Counted from the first letter of the stretch, positions 12,036 through 22,816 are shown. The stretch is DNA of 64,000 nucleotides from an uncultured Planctomycetaceae bacterium (GCA_963833985.1 CAWIAD010000002.1:1728001-1792000), one strand, 5' to 3'. The notes: generated by a model not told the origin, from the sequence alone. Numbers and translations are program-made.

Positions 12036-13745
12036 GTGTTGCGTGCCATGTGTCATCGATTCATTCGCGCGGGGACGCTCCTCTCTCTCTGGCTTTTCTC
12101 ATGTAGCGGTCTGGCGCGTTGTATGGCCCAGCCGCCGGCACAACCAGCGACGGAGAGGCCGTCCACGAAGCCGCTAGCGGACCTGCCGGAAGAGCGGCCG
12201 GACGACCGCGGCGTGCCGCAGCCGTTGCCTCCACCGCTCTCCACCCTACCGGGTCGCCGCGTGCCGGCGGTCACGCCGCCATCTCCGCTCGCCACTCCGC
12301 TACGAATCAAGCCGGCGCCGTTCAACCCGACCGACCTCCGGTTTCCGATTACCCTGGCCACCGCGCTGCGACTCTCCGACGCCCGGCCGCTGATCGTGGC
12401 GGCGGCACAGGCCGGAGTCTGGGTGGCCGAAGGTGAGCTGATGCACGCCAAGGTCCTCTGGCTTCCTGCCCTCAACATCGGCTTCGACTACATTCGCCAT
12501 GACGGCGGCGGCCCGGACTTCAACAAGGGCATCCTCACCGCCGTAAGTACAAATTTCTTCTACGCCGGCGGCGGTCTCTGGGGCAATCCGTGGGGCATCA
12601 TCGATACCACGAATGCCATTTTCCAGCCCCTGGCTGCGCGGCAGGCCTTGAACTCTCAGCACTGGAACGTTCAGACGGCCAAGAACGACGTCCTGACGGA
12701 GACGGCGGATGCCTACTTCCTGGTCCACCAGTACCGGGGAATCTATGCAGGATCGATCTACGTCGTCGAGCGGGGCCGCGACGTGGTTGGCAGGATTGCC
12801 GGTCTGAGCGGCGACCTGGTTCAACCGTTCGAGGTCGACCGGGCGCGGAACATGGTCGCCGATCTCGAGCAGATGTCAGTCGCGGCGCGGCAGCAGTGGC
12901 GGGTCCAGAGCGCCCGGCTGACGCGGATTCTCCGGCTCGACCCGCGCGCGGTGGTTGAGCCGCTGGAGCACGACCACCTCCAGATCACTCTGGTCAGCCC
13001 GGCCCGGACCCTCGAAGACTTGATGCCCATCGCCCTGACGAACCGCCCGGAGATTTCCTCGCGGCGGGCGCTGATCGCGGCAGCGGAGGTCAGGGTCCGC
13101 GAGGAGAAGGCACGCCCCTTCATCCCCGAACTCGTGCTCAACGGCTTTCAGACTCCCTATGAGATGCTCCAGGGCGGCATCTTCGGTTTTGGGCCCAACA
13201 GCAGCCTCAACAAGTGGGTTGGCCGGTCGGACGTGAGCCTTCAACCCCTCTTCCAGCTTGAAAATGTTGGATTGGGCAACCTGGCCATGATCAAGTCGCA
13301 ACGGGGCGTGCAGTCGCTGGCCATCATCGATTACTTCAACGCTCAGGATCGGGTGGCCGAGGAAGTGAACCGGGCGCACGCGAACCTCCAATCCGCTGCG
13401 GCGCGGGTGGTTCAGGCCGATCGCGCACTCAGGACGGGAATCATCACGCTCAATGGAACGATCGAAGGCCTGGAACAGACCAGCCGCTTCGCCAACGTAC
13501 TGGTGCCAATCAGCCGGCCGCAGGAGGCCGTGTACGCCCTTCAGCTCCTGATGCGGGCATTCACCGAGTATTATACGACCGTCGCGGATTACAACCGCGC
13601 CCAGTTCGAGCTCTTCCATGCGCTCGGCTACCCGGCCCGCGAACTCGCCCATTTCCGGCCAACCGGAGAGGTGCGGCCCGTTGACACCTCCCGGCCTGCT
13701 TACCTTCCTCCGGTGGGCAATGGACCGCCCCCGGCGACGCGATGA
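12036..13745 (+). CDS. TolC-family outer membrane efflux protein (paralogue 1)
   Basis: Signal peptide; ALTNRPEI and VADYNRAQFELFHALG OEP-type motifs; located in the RND operon. Confidence 0.85.
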   Translation: MLRAMCHRFIRAGTLLSLWLFSCSGLARCMAQPPAQPATERPSTKPLADLPEERPDDRGVPQPLPPPLSTLPGRRVPAVTPPSPLATPLRIKPAPFNPTDLRFPITLATALRLSDARPLIVAAAQAGVWVAEGELMHAKVLWLPALNIGFDYIRHDGGGPDFNKGILTAVSTNFFYAGGGLWGNPWGIIDTTNAIFQPLAARQALNSQHWNVQTAKNDVLTETADAYFLVHQYRGIYAGSIYVVERGRDVVGRIAGLSGDLVQPFEVDRARNMVADLEQMSVAARQQWRVQSARLTRILRLDPRAVVEPLEHDHLQITLVSPARTLEDLMPIALTNRPEISSRRALIAAAEVRVREEKARPFIPELVLNGFQTPYEMLQGGIFGFGPNSSLNKWVGRSDVSLQPLFQLENVGLGNLAMIKSQRGVQSLAIIDYFNAQDRVAEEVNRAHANLQSAAARVVQADRALRTGIITLNGTIEGLEQTSRFANVLVPISRPQEAVYALQLLMRAFTEYYTTVADYNRAQFELFHALGYPARELAHFRPTGEVRPVDTSRPAYLPPVGNGPPPATR

Positions 13746-13909
13746 TCTCCGTCCTGCCGCGAACGGCTGGACGCCTGAGGCCTGGACGTGATCCGAAACG
13801 AGAAGGGCTCACTCCGGCCCTCGCTCCTACTTTCGGAGGTGACGAGGAATGCGGATGATCGGGAGAACCAGATGCCCGTGATCGTAGTGCAGAAAGGATC
13901 GGAACAGGG

Positions 13910-15784
13910 TTGGCCATGAGCCGAGGCGCTCCCAGGCCGCTGGTTTGCGCGATGATCCTGCTCCTCGGCGGGGCCATTCCGGCTGCGCGCACCGCCGAGC
14001 CGCCGGAACCTGCGAGGAGCCCGACACGAAGGTCGACTGCGCCCGGGCTGGCCGTGAGCTCGGACCGCCCGGCACCGCGGGCAACTGTGGCCCGGCGCGC
14101 CAGCGGGCCTGCTGCTGGGCGCTCCACCCAGGCAGAGGCAGAGGCGTTACCCTCGTCGGTCTCGTCGGACATCGCGCAGTTCGTGAGCCAGAGCGGAACG
14201 GCCCCGCTCCCATCGACCGCCCCTCTGGTGACCCCTCCCCGGCCTGATCGCGACGCCATCGCCTTGCCCCAGCCGCTGCCACCGCCGCTTGCCACGATGC
14301 CCGGCAGGCGAGTTCCCGTGGTCTCGCCGCCCTCACCCCTGGCCACCGCGTTCCGGCTGGCGGCAGCGCCGTTCGGCCCATCCGACGTCCGGCTTCCCAT
14401 CAACCTCGCCACTGCCTTGCGGCTGTCTGACGCGCGGCCGCTCATCGTAGCTGCGGCGCAAGCCAGGACCTGGATTGCCGAAGGTGAGTTGATGCGCGCA
14501 AGGTACTCTGGTTGCCGACGATCAACATCGCCTTCGATTATGTCCGGCATGATGGTGGCGGCCCGGATTTCAACAAGGGCGTCATGACGCAGCCCAGTGT
14601 GAATTTCTTCTACGGCGGTGCCGGCCTGGGCGGCTTTCTGCAGCTCGCCGATGCGGTCTATGAGCCGCTGGTGGCCCGCCAGAACCTCAATGCACGGCAA
14701 TGGAACATCCAGGCCGCCAAGAACGACGCCTTGATGGAGACCGCGGATGCTTACTTCCGGGTCCACCAGCACCGGGGAACTTACGCGGCCTCGATTTACG
14801 TCGTGGAGAGGGGCCGCGACCTGATCGGCAGAATCGCCGGCATGAGCGGCGACCTGGTTCAACCGTTCGAGGTCGACCGGGCGCGGAACATGGTCGCCGA
14901 CCTCGAGCAGATGTCAGTCGCGGCGCGGCAGCAGTGGCGGGTCCAGAGCGCCCGGCTGACGCGGATTCTCCGGCTCGACCCGCGCGGTGGTGGAGCCGCT
15001 GGAGCACGACCACCTCCAGATCACTCTGATCGATCCAGTGCGAGTACTCGATGACCTCATGCCCGTTGCCCTGGCCAATCGCCCCGAGCTGGGCTCACGG
15101 CACGCGCTCGTCGCGGCCGCGGAGACGGCCGTGCGGAGAGAGAAGGCGCGGCCGTTCATTCCCATCGTCATCCTCACCGGCTTCCAGTCACCCGGCGGGA
15201 TGCTCATCCAGGGCGGGTTTTTCGGTATCGGTCCCAACAGCAGCCTGAACCAGTGGGTCGGCCGCGAAGATGTCAGCGTCCAGTTCGTCTGGCAGCTCGA
15301 AAGCATGGGGCTGGGCAACCTGGCGCGGATCAAAGCCCAGCGCGGCCAACAATCAAGGGCCATTGTCGACCTTCGCAGGGCCCAGGACGTGGTGGCCGAG
15401 GAAGTGAACCAGGCACACGCGAATCTGCAATCCGCCGCGGCGCGGGTGGTGCAGGCCGACCGGGCCTTGCGCACCGGCATTATCACCTTGAATGGAACCA
15501 CCGAGGGCCTCGAGCAGACCAGCCGGTTCGACGATGTGCTGGTGCCGGTCAGCCGGCCACAGGAGGCTGTGTACGCCCTTCAGCTCCTGATGCGGGCGTT
15601 CACCGAATACTACACGACGGTGGCCGACTACAACCGTTCTCAGTTCCAGCTTTTCCACGCCCTGGGCTACCCGGCTCGCGAAGTAGCCCGCTTCCGGCCC
15701 GCCGGTGAGATCCTCCCAGTGGAAACGAGCCGGCCTGACTTCCTTCCTCCTGTCGGCAACGGTCCGCCTCCGGCGACCCGGTGA
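13910..15784 (+). CDS. TolC-family outer membrane efflux protein (paralogue 2), frameshifts near 14499 and 14985
   Basis: ORFs 13910..14587, 14512..15054 and 14987..15784 join into a protein collinear with paralogue 1; one 1-nt and one 2-nt deletion relative to it. Confidence 0.85.
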
Positions 15785-15832
15785 GCGTTCGATCTTTTCA
15801 CTCGGCAATCCTGGGTGATGAATCAACGACGC

Positions 15833-15861
15833 TTGTCCATTGTGGAAATGCTTCGTATAAT
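15833..15861 (+). promoter_or_regulatory. Sigma70-type promoter of rnpB
   Basis: TTGTCC (15833-38), 17-nt spacer, TATAAT (15856-61), about 10 nt upstream of helix P1. Confidence 0.85.
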
Positions 15862-15870
15862 GAATATAAG

Positions 15871-16431
15871 TTCGTGGCGGGCGCGATGATCGCCGTGGCG
15901 CCTGGGGTGGTCTGGTGGCATCGAAAGAGCAATCGATCGGTCTCACCGGCTCTTTTCAGGGTCGTGCCGCGGAGGAAAGTCCGGACTCCGAAGGGTGCGG
16001 TGGTGGGTAACGCCCACCGTCAGAGCTCACAGAACGTGGCTCCGATAGGGAAAGTGCCACAGAGAAAAGACCGCCCCGAGGACGCTGCTTATTGCGGCGG
16101 ACTTGGGGTAAGGGTGAAACGGTGAGGTAAGAGCTCACCAGCAGGCCGGGTGACCGGCCTGGCTCGGCAAACCCCACCGGGAGCAAGACCAAATAGGGGA
16201 GCAACGCGGCAAGACCGCACAAGGCGGCGTGAACTCGGGCGACCGGGTTACACCCACCAAAGGCGTTCTCCGCGTGCGGATCGGCCCGATCCGTTATCGA
16301 CTTCCGGGTAGGTCGCTCGAGTCGCCGGGAAACCGGCGGCCCAGAGAAATGATCATCCGGGGCCGGCTTCTGACCACATCGTCGTCAGCGGCTTGCCTCG
16401 ACAGAATCCGGCTTAGGCGGCCCGCCACGAG
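15871..16431 (+). ncRNA. rnpB: RNase P RNA, bacterial type A, about 560 nt
   Basis: Conserved blocks GAGGAAAGTCCGG, AGTGCCACAGA, GGGTGAAACGG-GGTAAGAG, AAACCCCAC-GGAGCAAG and ACAGAATCCGGCTTA; P1 pairs TTCGTGGCGGGC with GCCCGCCACGAG. Confidence 0.97.
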
Positions 16432-16690
16432 CCTTCTCCTCTCCCATGCCGATTCCCACGCCTGGACACCGTCACAGGAAAGACAAGAGTTTCAAGGACC
16501 CGAACACGCACAGCGCCGGGCAACGGTGGTTGCCGACAGCAACGCGGCACCCCTTCCGGCACCCGCCGCTCTGAGAGCGGCAGCGGCCGTTCAGCCAGTT
16601 GGGCGGCTCGCGTCTTGCTGCGTGTCGGCATGCTCCGGGCGGTGTGCCTGGGGCGTTTTTCTCACGGGTTGCAGGCATTTTCTGAGTCTT

Positions 16691-16747
16691 GGACATTCCT
16701 GTATGCCAGGGCAAGCCTCCTCCGGCAGGCAGGAATGCCTGCCCCAC
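16691..16747. repeat. REP-like imperfect palindrome
   Basis: GGACATTCCTGTATGCC ... GGCAGGCAGGAATGCCTGCCCCAC, between convergent rnpB and rbsD. Confidence 0.6.
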
Positions 16748-16779
16748 TGTCTCAGCCTGTGATCCGGGTGAAAACCGCT

Positions 16780-17175
16780 CTAGAAAGCGCTTCCCGCCAC
16801 GATCCGGACATTGGCGTACGAGCTGAACTCAGCGGTGCGAATGATCCCTTTGACATCGAGGGACTGCTCTTTGAACTCGTGGAACGGCACCTCATCGATG
16901 TCGATGTCCCCGAGGGTCTTGAGGATCTCCTGGTACAGCCGCGTGCTGTACTCTTTCATCTCCACCGGGACCGCGATCGATTCGATCACCAGTTCGTCGG
17001 CCACGGCGCGAATGACGTCGAGCAGTCGGGGAATGCCCTGGGTCAAGGTGAGATCGATGACGTGCCCATCGGTCGGCAAGGGGTAAGCGGCATCGACAAT
17101 GAGCAGTTCATCGGTCTGTCCCAGCTCGGCCAGAAGTGAGCAGATTGCCGGATTCAGGATGCCGCCCTTTTTCAT
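16780..17175 (-). CDS. rbsD: RbsD/FucU family (D-ribose pyranase-like) protein with divergent active site
   Basis: MKKGGILN..LGQTDELLIVDAAYPLP..IDL..FKE..IIRTAEFSSYANV..AG is collinear with RbsD. Confidence 0.85.
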   Translation of the reverse strand: MKKGGILNPAICSLLAELGQTDELLIVDAAYPLPTDGHVIDLTLTQGIPRLLDVIRAVADELVIESIAVPVEMKEYSTRLYQEILKTLGDIDIDEVPFHEFKEQSLDVKGIIRTAEFSSYANVRIVAGSAF

Positions 17176-17429
17176 TGCAACCAGTCCTTCCGATACGAAA
17201 GCCAGTGGCCCGACAGTGCCGGGCGGAGAGGAAATGGGAACTCGCATCCGAGGTTGACTCAATCGCGGCGCGCCATGGCAAGCAAACCCTCCAGGCCGTT
17301 GTTCGTGCAGGAGGGGTACCGGCTTCCTCCTTACTTGAAGTATAACCGCCCTGTGGCCCATGCTCCACCCGTCACGCCCGCCCGGATCTGCCGCCGGCAG
17401 CGCGGGATCTGCTTTTCAGGGATGGCCCG

Positions 17430-19761
17430 ATGCCGGTTCAGGACCCTCCAATCGAACCAAGCACCACCCGAGCCCTCAGGCGTCCCGCTTGGATCATTCC
17501 GGGCTTGCTGTGCGTCCTCCCGTTCTTTGGCTGCCAGGACGCCGACCACCTCACGGCGCGGGTGCCGGTGCATCATGACCGGGCAGAGGGCGCCGGAGCA
17601 GCACGGGACGCGGCGCAGTCCGCACGCCAGGTCCCGGGCGTGATGACCTCGATCCTCGATCCACGGATGGCTCCGCTGTTGCGGGCGGCTGATCGCTGGC
17701 AACGGTCCCACGGGCCCGAACGCCAGGTCGTCGACCAGGTTTACCTCGTTCCCGATATCGCAAGCTTCTTCGAGATCATCGAAACCTGGGATGAGCAGAC
17801 GTACTTTCCCATCCTGATCGACGACCCGGTCTGGACACTGCCCTTCCTGCGCGTGTTTCGACCGGCCCGCGTGGTGCGAGTCGCTGTGAACAGACAGAGG
17901 GCCGAGGGTGTGCCGGAGCCGGAGCCGCAGCCACCTTCGCTCGAGGATCGCTGGCGGGACGCACAGCTTGCCGTGGCAAGAGCGTGGGGCGGAGCCTCGA
18001 TGGCGGAAAACCGCGCGGCCAGTGCCCATCGGGTTCCTGCCGCGCTGGGTTCCACCCCGCCCGGACTGGTGTTGAGCGATCCCGCGAGTCCCGCGCTCGC
18101 CGGCGCCGTGGCCCTGGCCGCCGGGCGGTTCCAGCCACTCGTGCGGCTGGAGCCGATCGCTCAGGAGACGGCGTCCCAGACTTCGTCGGGCGCCGCCGGC
18201 CCGAAAGGGTTCCGCGACGTGCTGTCGCTGAATGAAGCTTGTGAGTTCGCTCGGCGCATCGAGGCCTGTGCCGCGTCGATCACGGGAGATTACGGCCGTC
18301 TGGGCGACCAGTGCGACTTCCTGACCCTCGCCGGCGAATGGCCCTACCGCTACACCAACGATACGGAGGGCGGAATCCTCCGTGGCGAGTACGCGCTGGA
18401 TGACCTGATCGGCCGGCTGCCCGACACGGCGGATGCGGGACTGGCCAGGGCGCGCAGGCGCTGGGCGTTCGTCGGCCGGCTGCTCGGGGATGCGTCAGCC
18501 AGCGTGTACCGGGCCATGTGTTCCCTGTTTCTCCAGCCTGGGGCTGCCGTGCTCTGGGACACCTACCAGGGCGGTCGTCTCTGGTCGGACTACCGGATGA
18601 CCGAGGCGGCGCAGGTGTTCAGCAAGCACTGGCCGTGGTCTGCCCCGCTGGTCCATCGGTCGGCCGGGGCCGCCAACCTGTCGGCCTGGCACGAGGCGTT
18701 CGACCCGGTCAATCGATTTGGATGGATCATGGTCAACTCGTCGGGAGCGCCCGGGCAGTTTTCGATTCCCGGAGGCACGGGCCTCCCGGCCGACCTGCCC
18801 CGCGGCCGCCCGGCGGCCGTGACCATCATCCACAGCTTCTCCGCCGCCGACCCGCTCGATCCCACGACGATCGCGGGCCGCTGGCTGGACAACGGCGCCT
18901 TTGTTTACTTCGGGTCCATGAACGAGCCTTACCTCGTGGCCTTTCGATGCCCCGAGCTTGTGGCGCAGCTTGCGGCGCTGGAGGTCCCTCTGAGCGCGGT
19001 CTTGCGGCAGGGCGAGTTCGAGCCGTTCGGACGGCCCTGGCGGCTGGTCTACCTGGGCGATCCGCTGTACCAGATCCGGCGTCCGGCTCTCGAGCCGGGC
19101 CGGAACCGCGTTGCCCCCGACCCGGGCCCGGTGCCGAGACCTCCGGGCCGCCGCTGGCGAGCCCGTGTGATCAGCGCCGGGCGCAGCCAGCTGCGCGCAA
19201 GCCGGCCCGGCGGAACGCGTGCAGTGGTGCCTGGATTCGGCCCTGGCCGGGCTGTGCAAGACCGTCGGCTCGGTGCGCGGCTCGGCTCGAAGCGCAGCGG
19301 ACCTGTCCGCGACTCTGTTGAGCATCGATCGCCAGGATGTCGCCCCGGCCTTGCGGCCCGTTCTTGATGAGCTCGTGACCGACACCCTGCTGGACAGGAA
19401 CGACCCCCAGCGCCTGCTCGACTGGCTGATCCGGCAGCCGGCGGCCGGCGAGACTCCCCGGCTACGGCGCACGCTGGAGACCGTGGCGGTCTGCTTGCTC
19501 TCCCGGTTCGTTGCCAAGGGATCGGTCGCTCCGGCCCTCGACCTCTGGGATGAGCTGGTTCGTCGCTCCTGGCCGGAAAACGCGTCATTCCCTGCCCGGT
19601 TCACCCAGCGCATGGGGGCGTTCATTGATTCCAGCCCGCCGTCCGCCCGCACGCTGTATCTCCAGAGACTGGTGCGGACCAGGGAGTTCCTTGCTCGGAG
19701 CCATGGAGCTTCGCCGAGCCTGGGTCTGCTCGACGAGGAGCTGCGACGGCTTGGCCGGTGA
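17430..19761 (+). CDS. Large hypothetical protein, probable lipoprotein; frameshift near 19200
   Basis: LPFFGC lipobox; ORF 17430..19367 continues in ORF 19219..19761. Confidence 0.65.
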
Positions 19762-20027
19762 CTCGGCTCGATCCTGGCAATCCGGCCGCAAACCATTACA
19801 TCCGGAGCACTTGCCTGCCCACGACTGGAACGCTACGATACCCTTGTCTCAGGAACTTCCTTGCGGAGCTTCTTGCCGGTGCGCCGGAGTTGCCTCACTC
19901 CCTGATTGTAAGCCGTTTGCATGCAGTGGTTTGCACCCGCCCTCGGAGATCCGGGACGATTTTGTTAGGATCCAGACAACGTTTCGTCCCGGCGTGGAGA
20001 AGCCATCGAGCGTACTTCTCTCACCGC

Positions 20028-20098
<71 letters not shown>

Positions 20099-20326
20099 CT
20101 CACTGTCTGACACTGAACCATCCCGACTTACCCTGTCCAAGTCCTCATTTTCACTGGATGAAACGATCATTGACGATTGATGAGATATCTGGATGATCTC
20201 GTCACACTCCGACTTATCCCGACCCTCTCCAGGCTCTCCGTTCGGCAAATATTCGGCAAAGCGTTCGCTGATATGTTGCCCATCTGTACCCGTAGCCTGC
20301 ATGAACTCGCGTTCCCTGGCGGGAAC

Positions 20327-20470
20327 CAGCAGGGCCGTAATGTGCTGGATTACCTGACCTTCTGCTTTGAAGCGGATCGACGCGGCCAATCGCCTCCCTT
20401 TCTCATGCCTGTCACCACGGCGGAAGTCAAAACCGCCTGATTCCAACGATCCCACCCTGTGAACGGGTAC
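20327..20470 (+). mobile_element. IS66-family remnant (transposase C-terminus plus right end)
   Basis: QQGRNVLDYLTFCFEA matches the IS66 fragment at 23.6 kb (QQGRNVLEFLTECFRA); end motif GTGAACGGGTAC at 20459-70. Confidence 0.7.
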
Positions 20471-20689
20471 GAAACGCCCCGAGCACCGACGACAGCCGCC
20501 CTTGAAGAAAACCTCTAAGCAGTCCGTAGTTATGCTTCGTTAAACGGTATTGAGGTTAAACCTCAAGGTGAGCGAAAGGTGGAGGTAAGGATTTGGTTGA
20601 GCCGGACCCCAAAAGTGCGGGAGCCGAACCCCAATATGCCCGCTCGACTTTCAGCCCGTAATGCCGTAAACTTAGGCTAATAGGTTTGG

Positions 20690-20995
20690 ATGCAAATTAT
20701 GACACATAGCGAATTCAAGCATATCCTGGGCAGCATCAACGCGCTGTCGCCGGAGCAGATAGAGCAGTTGCGGCACGAATTAGACCGCAAACTTACCTCG
20801 CCGACCGTCCAGGGCGAGCCTCCGCTCACGGAGGCGGAACGGGCCGATCAGGAGGCGCAGCACCGACTGCTCGCGGCGGGCATCATCAGCGAAATCAAAC
20901 CGTCGCGGCGGGTCTCGACGGAGACGGAGCGGTTCACGCCGATTCCCATTCAGGGAGAGCCGCTGTCGGAAACCATCATCCGCGAGCGTCGCTGA
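20690..20995 (+). CDS. Putative antitoxin of the downstream PIN toxin
   Basis: About 100 aa, ends 1 nt before the toxin; C-terminal GEPLSETIIRERR is typical of VapB-like antitoxins. Confidence 0.75.
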   Translation: MQIMTHSEFKHILGSINALSPEQIEQLRHELDRKLTSPTVQGEPPLTEAERADQEAQHRLLAAGIISEIKPSRRVSTETERFTPIPIQGEPLSETIIRERR

Positions 20996-20996
20996 G

Positions 20997-21446
20997 GTGG
21001 CTGATTATTTCCTGGATGCCTGCGCGGTTGTGAAACGCTACGTCCTGGAGACAGGGACCGCCTGGGTGAGGACTCTGGCAGCGCCCGCGACGGGGAATTT
21101 CATCTATCTGGCGCACATCACGGAGGTGGAGGTTACTGCCGCCATTGCTCAGCGCCGCGGCCAGCCCGGATTGAGCGTGTCAGAAGCGAGCGCGGCCCTG
21201 GGGTTGTTCCGCCAGGATGTTGCCCAGGATTGCCGGATCGCGGAGATTACCGTGCCGCTGTTGCGGCAGGCTGCCCTTCTCGCCGATGTGTATGCGCTGC
21301 GGGGTTACGATGCGGTACAACTGGCGGCGGCGCTCGAAGTCCGGTTGCAAGTGCCGCTGCTGATTCTGGTCTCAGGGGATGGCGATCTCAACACCGCCGC
21401 GACCGCCGAGGGATTGCCGGTGGAAAACCCTAATACGTATCCATGA
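20997..21446 (+). CDS. vapC: VapC-family PIN-domain toxin
   Basis: YFLDACAVVKRY, EVEV, LRGYDAVQLAAAL and VSGDGDL; acidic PIN tetrad present. Confidence 0.9.
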   Translation: MADYFLDACAVVKRYVLETGTAWVRTLAAPATGNFIYLAHITEVEVTAAIAQRRGQPGLSVSEASAALGLFRQDVAQDCRIAEITVPLLRQAALLADVYALRGYDAVQLAAALEVRLQVPLLILVSGDGDLNTAATAEGLPVENPNTYP

Positions 21447-21449
21447 TTA

Positions 21450-21889
21450 TCCATCGAGTGGGCCCGGCGACCAGAGAAGCGGAAGCCTGCTGAACAAGCG
21501 CGGCTCGACGCCATCCGCGGCTGCAGCGTCGAGCTGGCCGCGGCGCTGGACCTGGCGGACGGATTCGCCGACCTGATCCGGAAGCGGTCGTCCGCGACCT
21601 TGAACGAATGACTGGCCCCAGGTGAGGCCTCGTCGGACCCCGACCTGTGCCGATTCGCCGAGGGCATCGGTCGTGACGAGGTGTGTGTCCAAGCGGTGGT
21701 GACGGAGCGGTGGAGCAACGGCCCCGTGGAGGGACACGTGAACCGTCTGAAGATGATCAAGCGGCAGATGTACGGTCGGGCGGGTTTCGTGCTCCTGCGG
21801 GCGCGGGTACTCAACGTCGCCTGAGAGCGGCACGGCGATGACGCTGCCGGGACTCGAGCAGCCAGCTTCATGAAAAGTGCGGGAGATCC
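21450..21889 (+). mobile_element. ISL3-family transposase C-terminal remnant with right end
   Basis: WSNGPVEGHVNRLKMIKRQMYGRAGFVLLRARVL; internal TGA near 21608; end motif AAAAGTGCGGGAGATCC. Confidence 0.85.
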
Positions 21890-21894
21890 GTCAC

Positions 21895-22065
21895 CTGTCG
21901 TCAGGCACGCTCCGCGAACTGGCGCCGACGTTGGGCGTCTACCATCCCGACAGCGTGCGCAATGTCGTTCGTCGCGTCGACCGCGAGTTGACCAGGTCGA
22001 AGTCGGTTCGAAGGGACATCGAGTCGCTTCGGGACTGACTTCTGAAAACCGCCAACCGGACTTGA
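21895..22065 (+). pseudogene. Remnant resembling the DnaA-like HTH C-terminus of Y1/REP-associated tyrosine transposases
   Basis: Manual translation LSSGTLRELAPTLGVYHPDSVRNVVRRVDRELTRSKSVRRDIESLRD*LLKTANRT; family recognised by eye only. Confidence 0.45.
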
Positions 22066-22187
22066 CCTTGCGAAGCCCTGTGACCCCGCGAAGCCCTGCG
22101 TATTTGGGTGGCCCCGTGACAAGGTAGGCGTTCGACAGACGTCAAACCAAGTACGTCCTTGCGACGGCTGCGTCACAGTATCGGCTT

Positions 22188-22625
22188 TCACCGACACCGT
22201 GCCATCGCTTCGTCTAGGGACTCTCCAATCTTGTCCGGCGGTGACAAGAGGGGTAATTCAACGGTCTGCTCTGGCAATGCCTCAAACCCTTCTCTTGGGC
22301 CGAGGTTCCTAGTAGGCACGACCTTCAACCGACCGCCTTCGGCTTCAAGGTCGAGGCTCTTCGCACCTTTCGTGAACGTGGACCACGCCTTCACGCCTGC
22401 TATTTCCAGCAGGGGAGCCAAAAGTCCACTCCAGTTCGTGGGGTGTGGAACACCCTCCTCCGACGCGTTCAGGGTCTCCATCGCAGCCTCGCCCTTCGAG
22501 GTAGGTGAGCCGTCCGGCTCGACTCGCAAGAAAGGAGAAGTTGCGATCCACACACCAGCATTTGTTCTAGACTGTGAGTGAAAGTACAGAACGCCCTTCC
22601 GGCTGAATAGCGCCGCACTCTTCAT
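22188..22625 (-). CDS. Orphan CdiI-type immunity protein (DUF1436/EC869-like)
   Basis: 145 aa; KGEAAMETLNAS, AGVKAWSTFTKGAK and C-terminal IGESLDEAMARCR pattern; AGGAGG SD; ATG overlaps the stop of a toxin remnant. Confidence 0.7.
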   Translation of the reverse strand: MKSAALFSRKGVLYFHSQSRTNAGVWIATSPFLRVEPDGSPTSKGEAAMETLNASEEGVPHPTNWSGLLAPLLEIAGVKAWSTFTKGAKSLDLEAEGGRLKVVPTRNLGPREGFEALPEQTVELPLLSPPDKIGESLDEAMARCR

Positions 22626-22738
22626 CACTTGACCTCCTGAATGGTCACGGTCACGCCCCTCTGACTCCCGTATTCAATGAGCCGCTGAAGGGCTGCCTGT
22701 TGTTCGGCGGACGCCGCACCAGGAGGCACCGCCAGCTC
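22625..22738 (-). pseudogene. C-terminal 37-codon tip of an EC869-like CdiA nuclease toxin
   Basis: Manual translation ELAVPPGAASAEQQAALQRLIEYGSQRGVTVTIQEVK*; not in the ORF track; TGATG overlap with the immunity gene. Confidence 0.7.
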
Positions 22739-22740
22739 TG

Positions 22741-22816
22741 GGGACCCAAACGGGGACGGGGGACCGAAACGGGTACGCGGCTAGAATCGAGTACTAATCG
22801 CGTCCCCGTTTCGGTC
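22741..22816. repeat. REP-like palindrome with a partial duplicate of its left arm
   Basis: GACCGAAACGGGTACGCG (22762-79) versus CGCGTCCCCGTTTCGGTC (22799-816), 17 of 18 complementary; GGGACCCAAACGGGGACG at 22741-58. Confidence 0.85.

Noticed and set aside
15781..16762. ORFs overlapping rnpB
   Set aside because: Explained by the RNA gene; no protein-like features
20177..20440. 87-aa ORF as a real gene
   Set aside because: Chimeric: only its 3' part is recognisable, as an IS66 transposase tail
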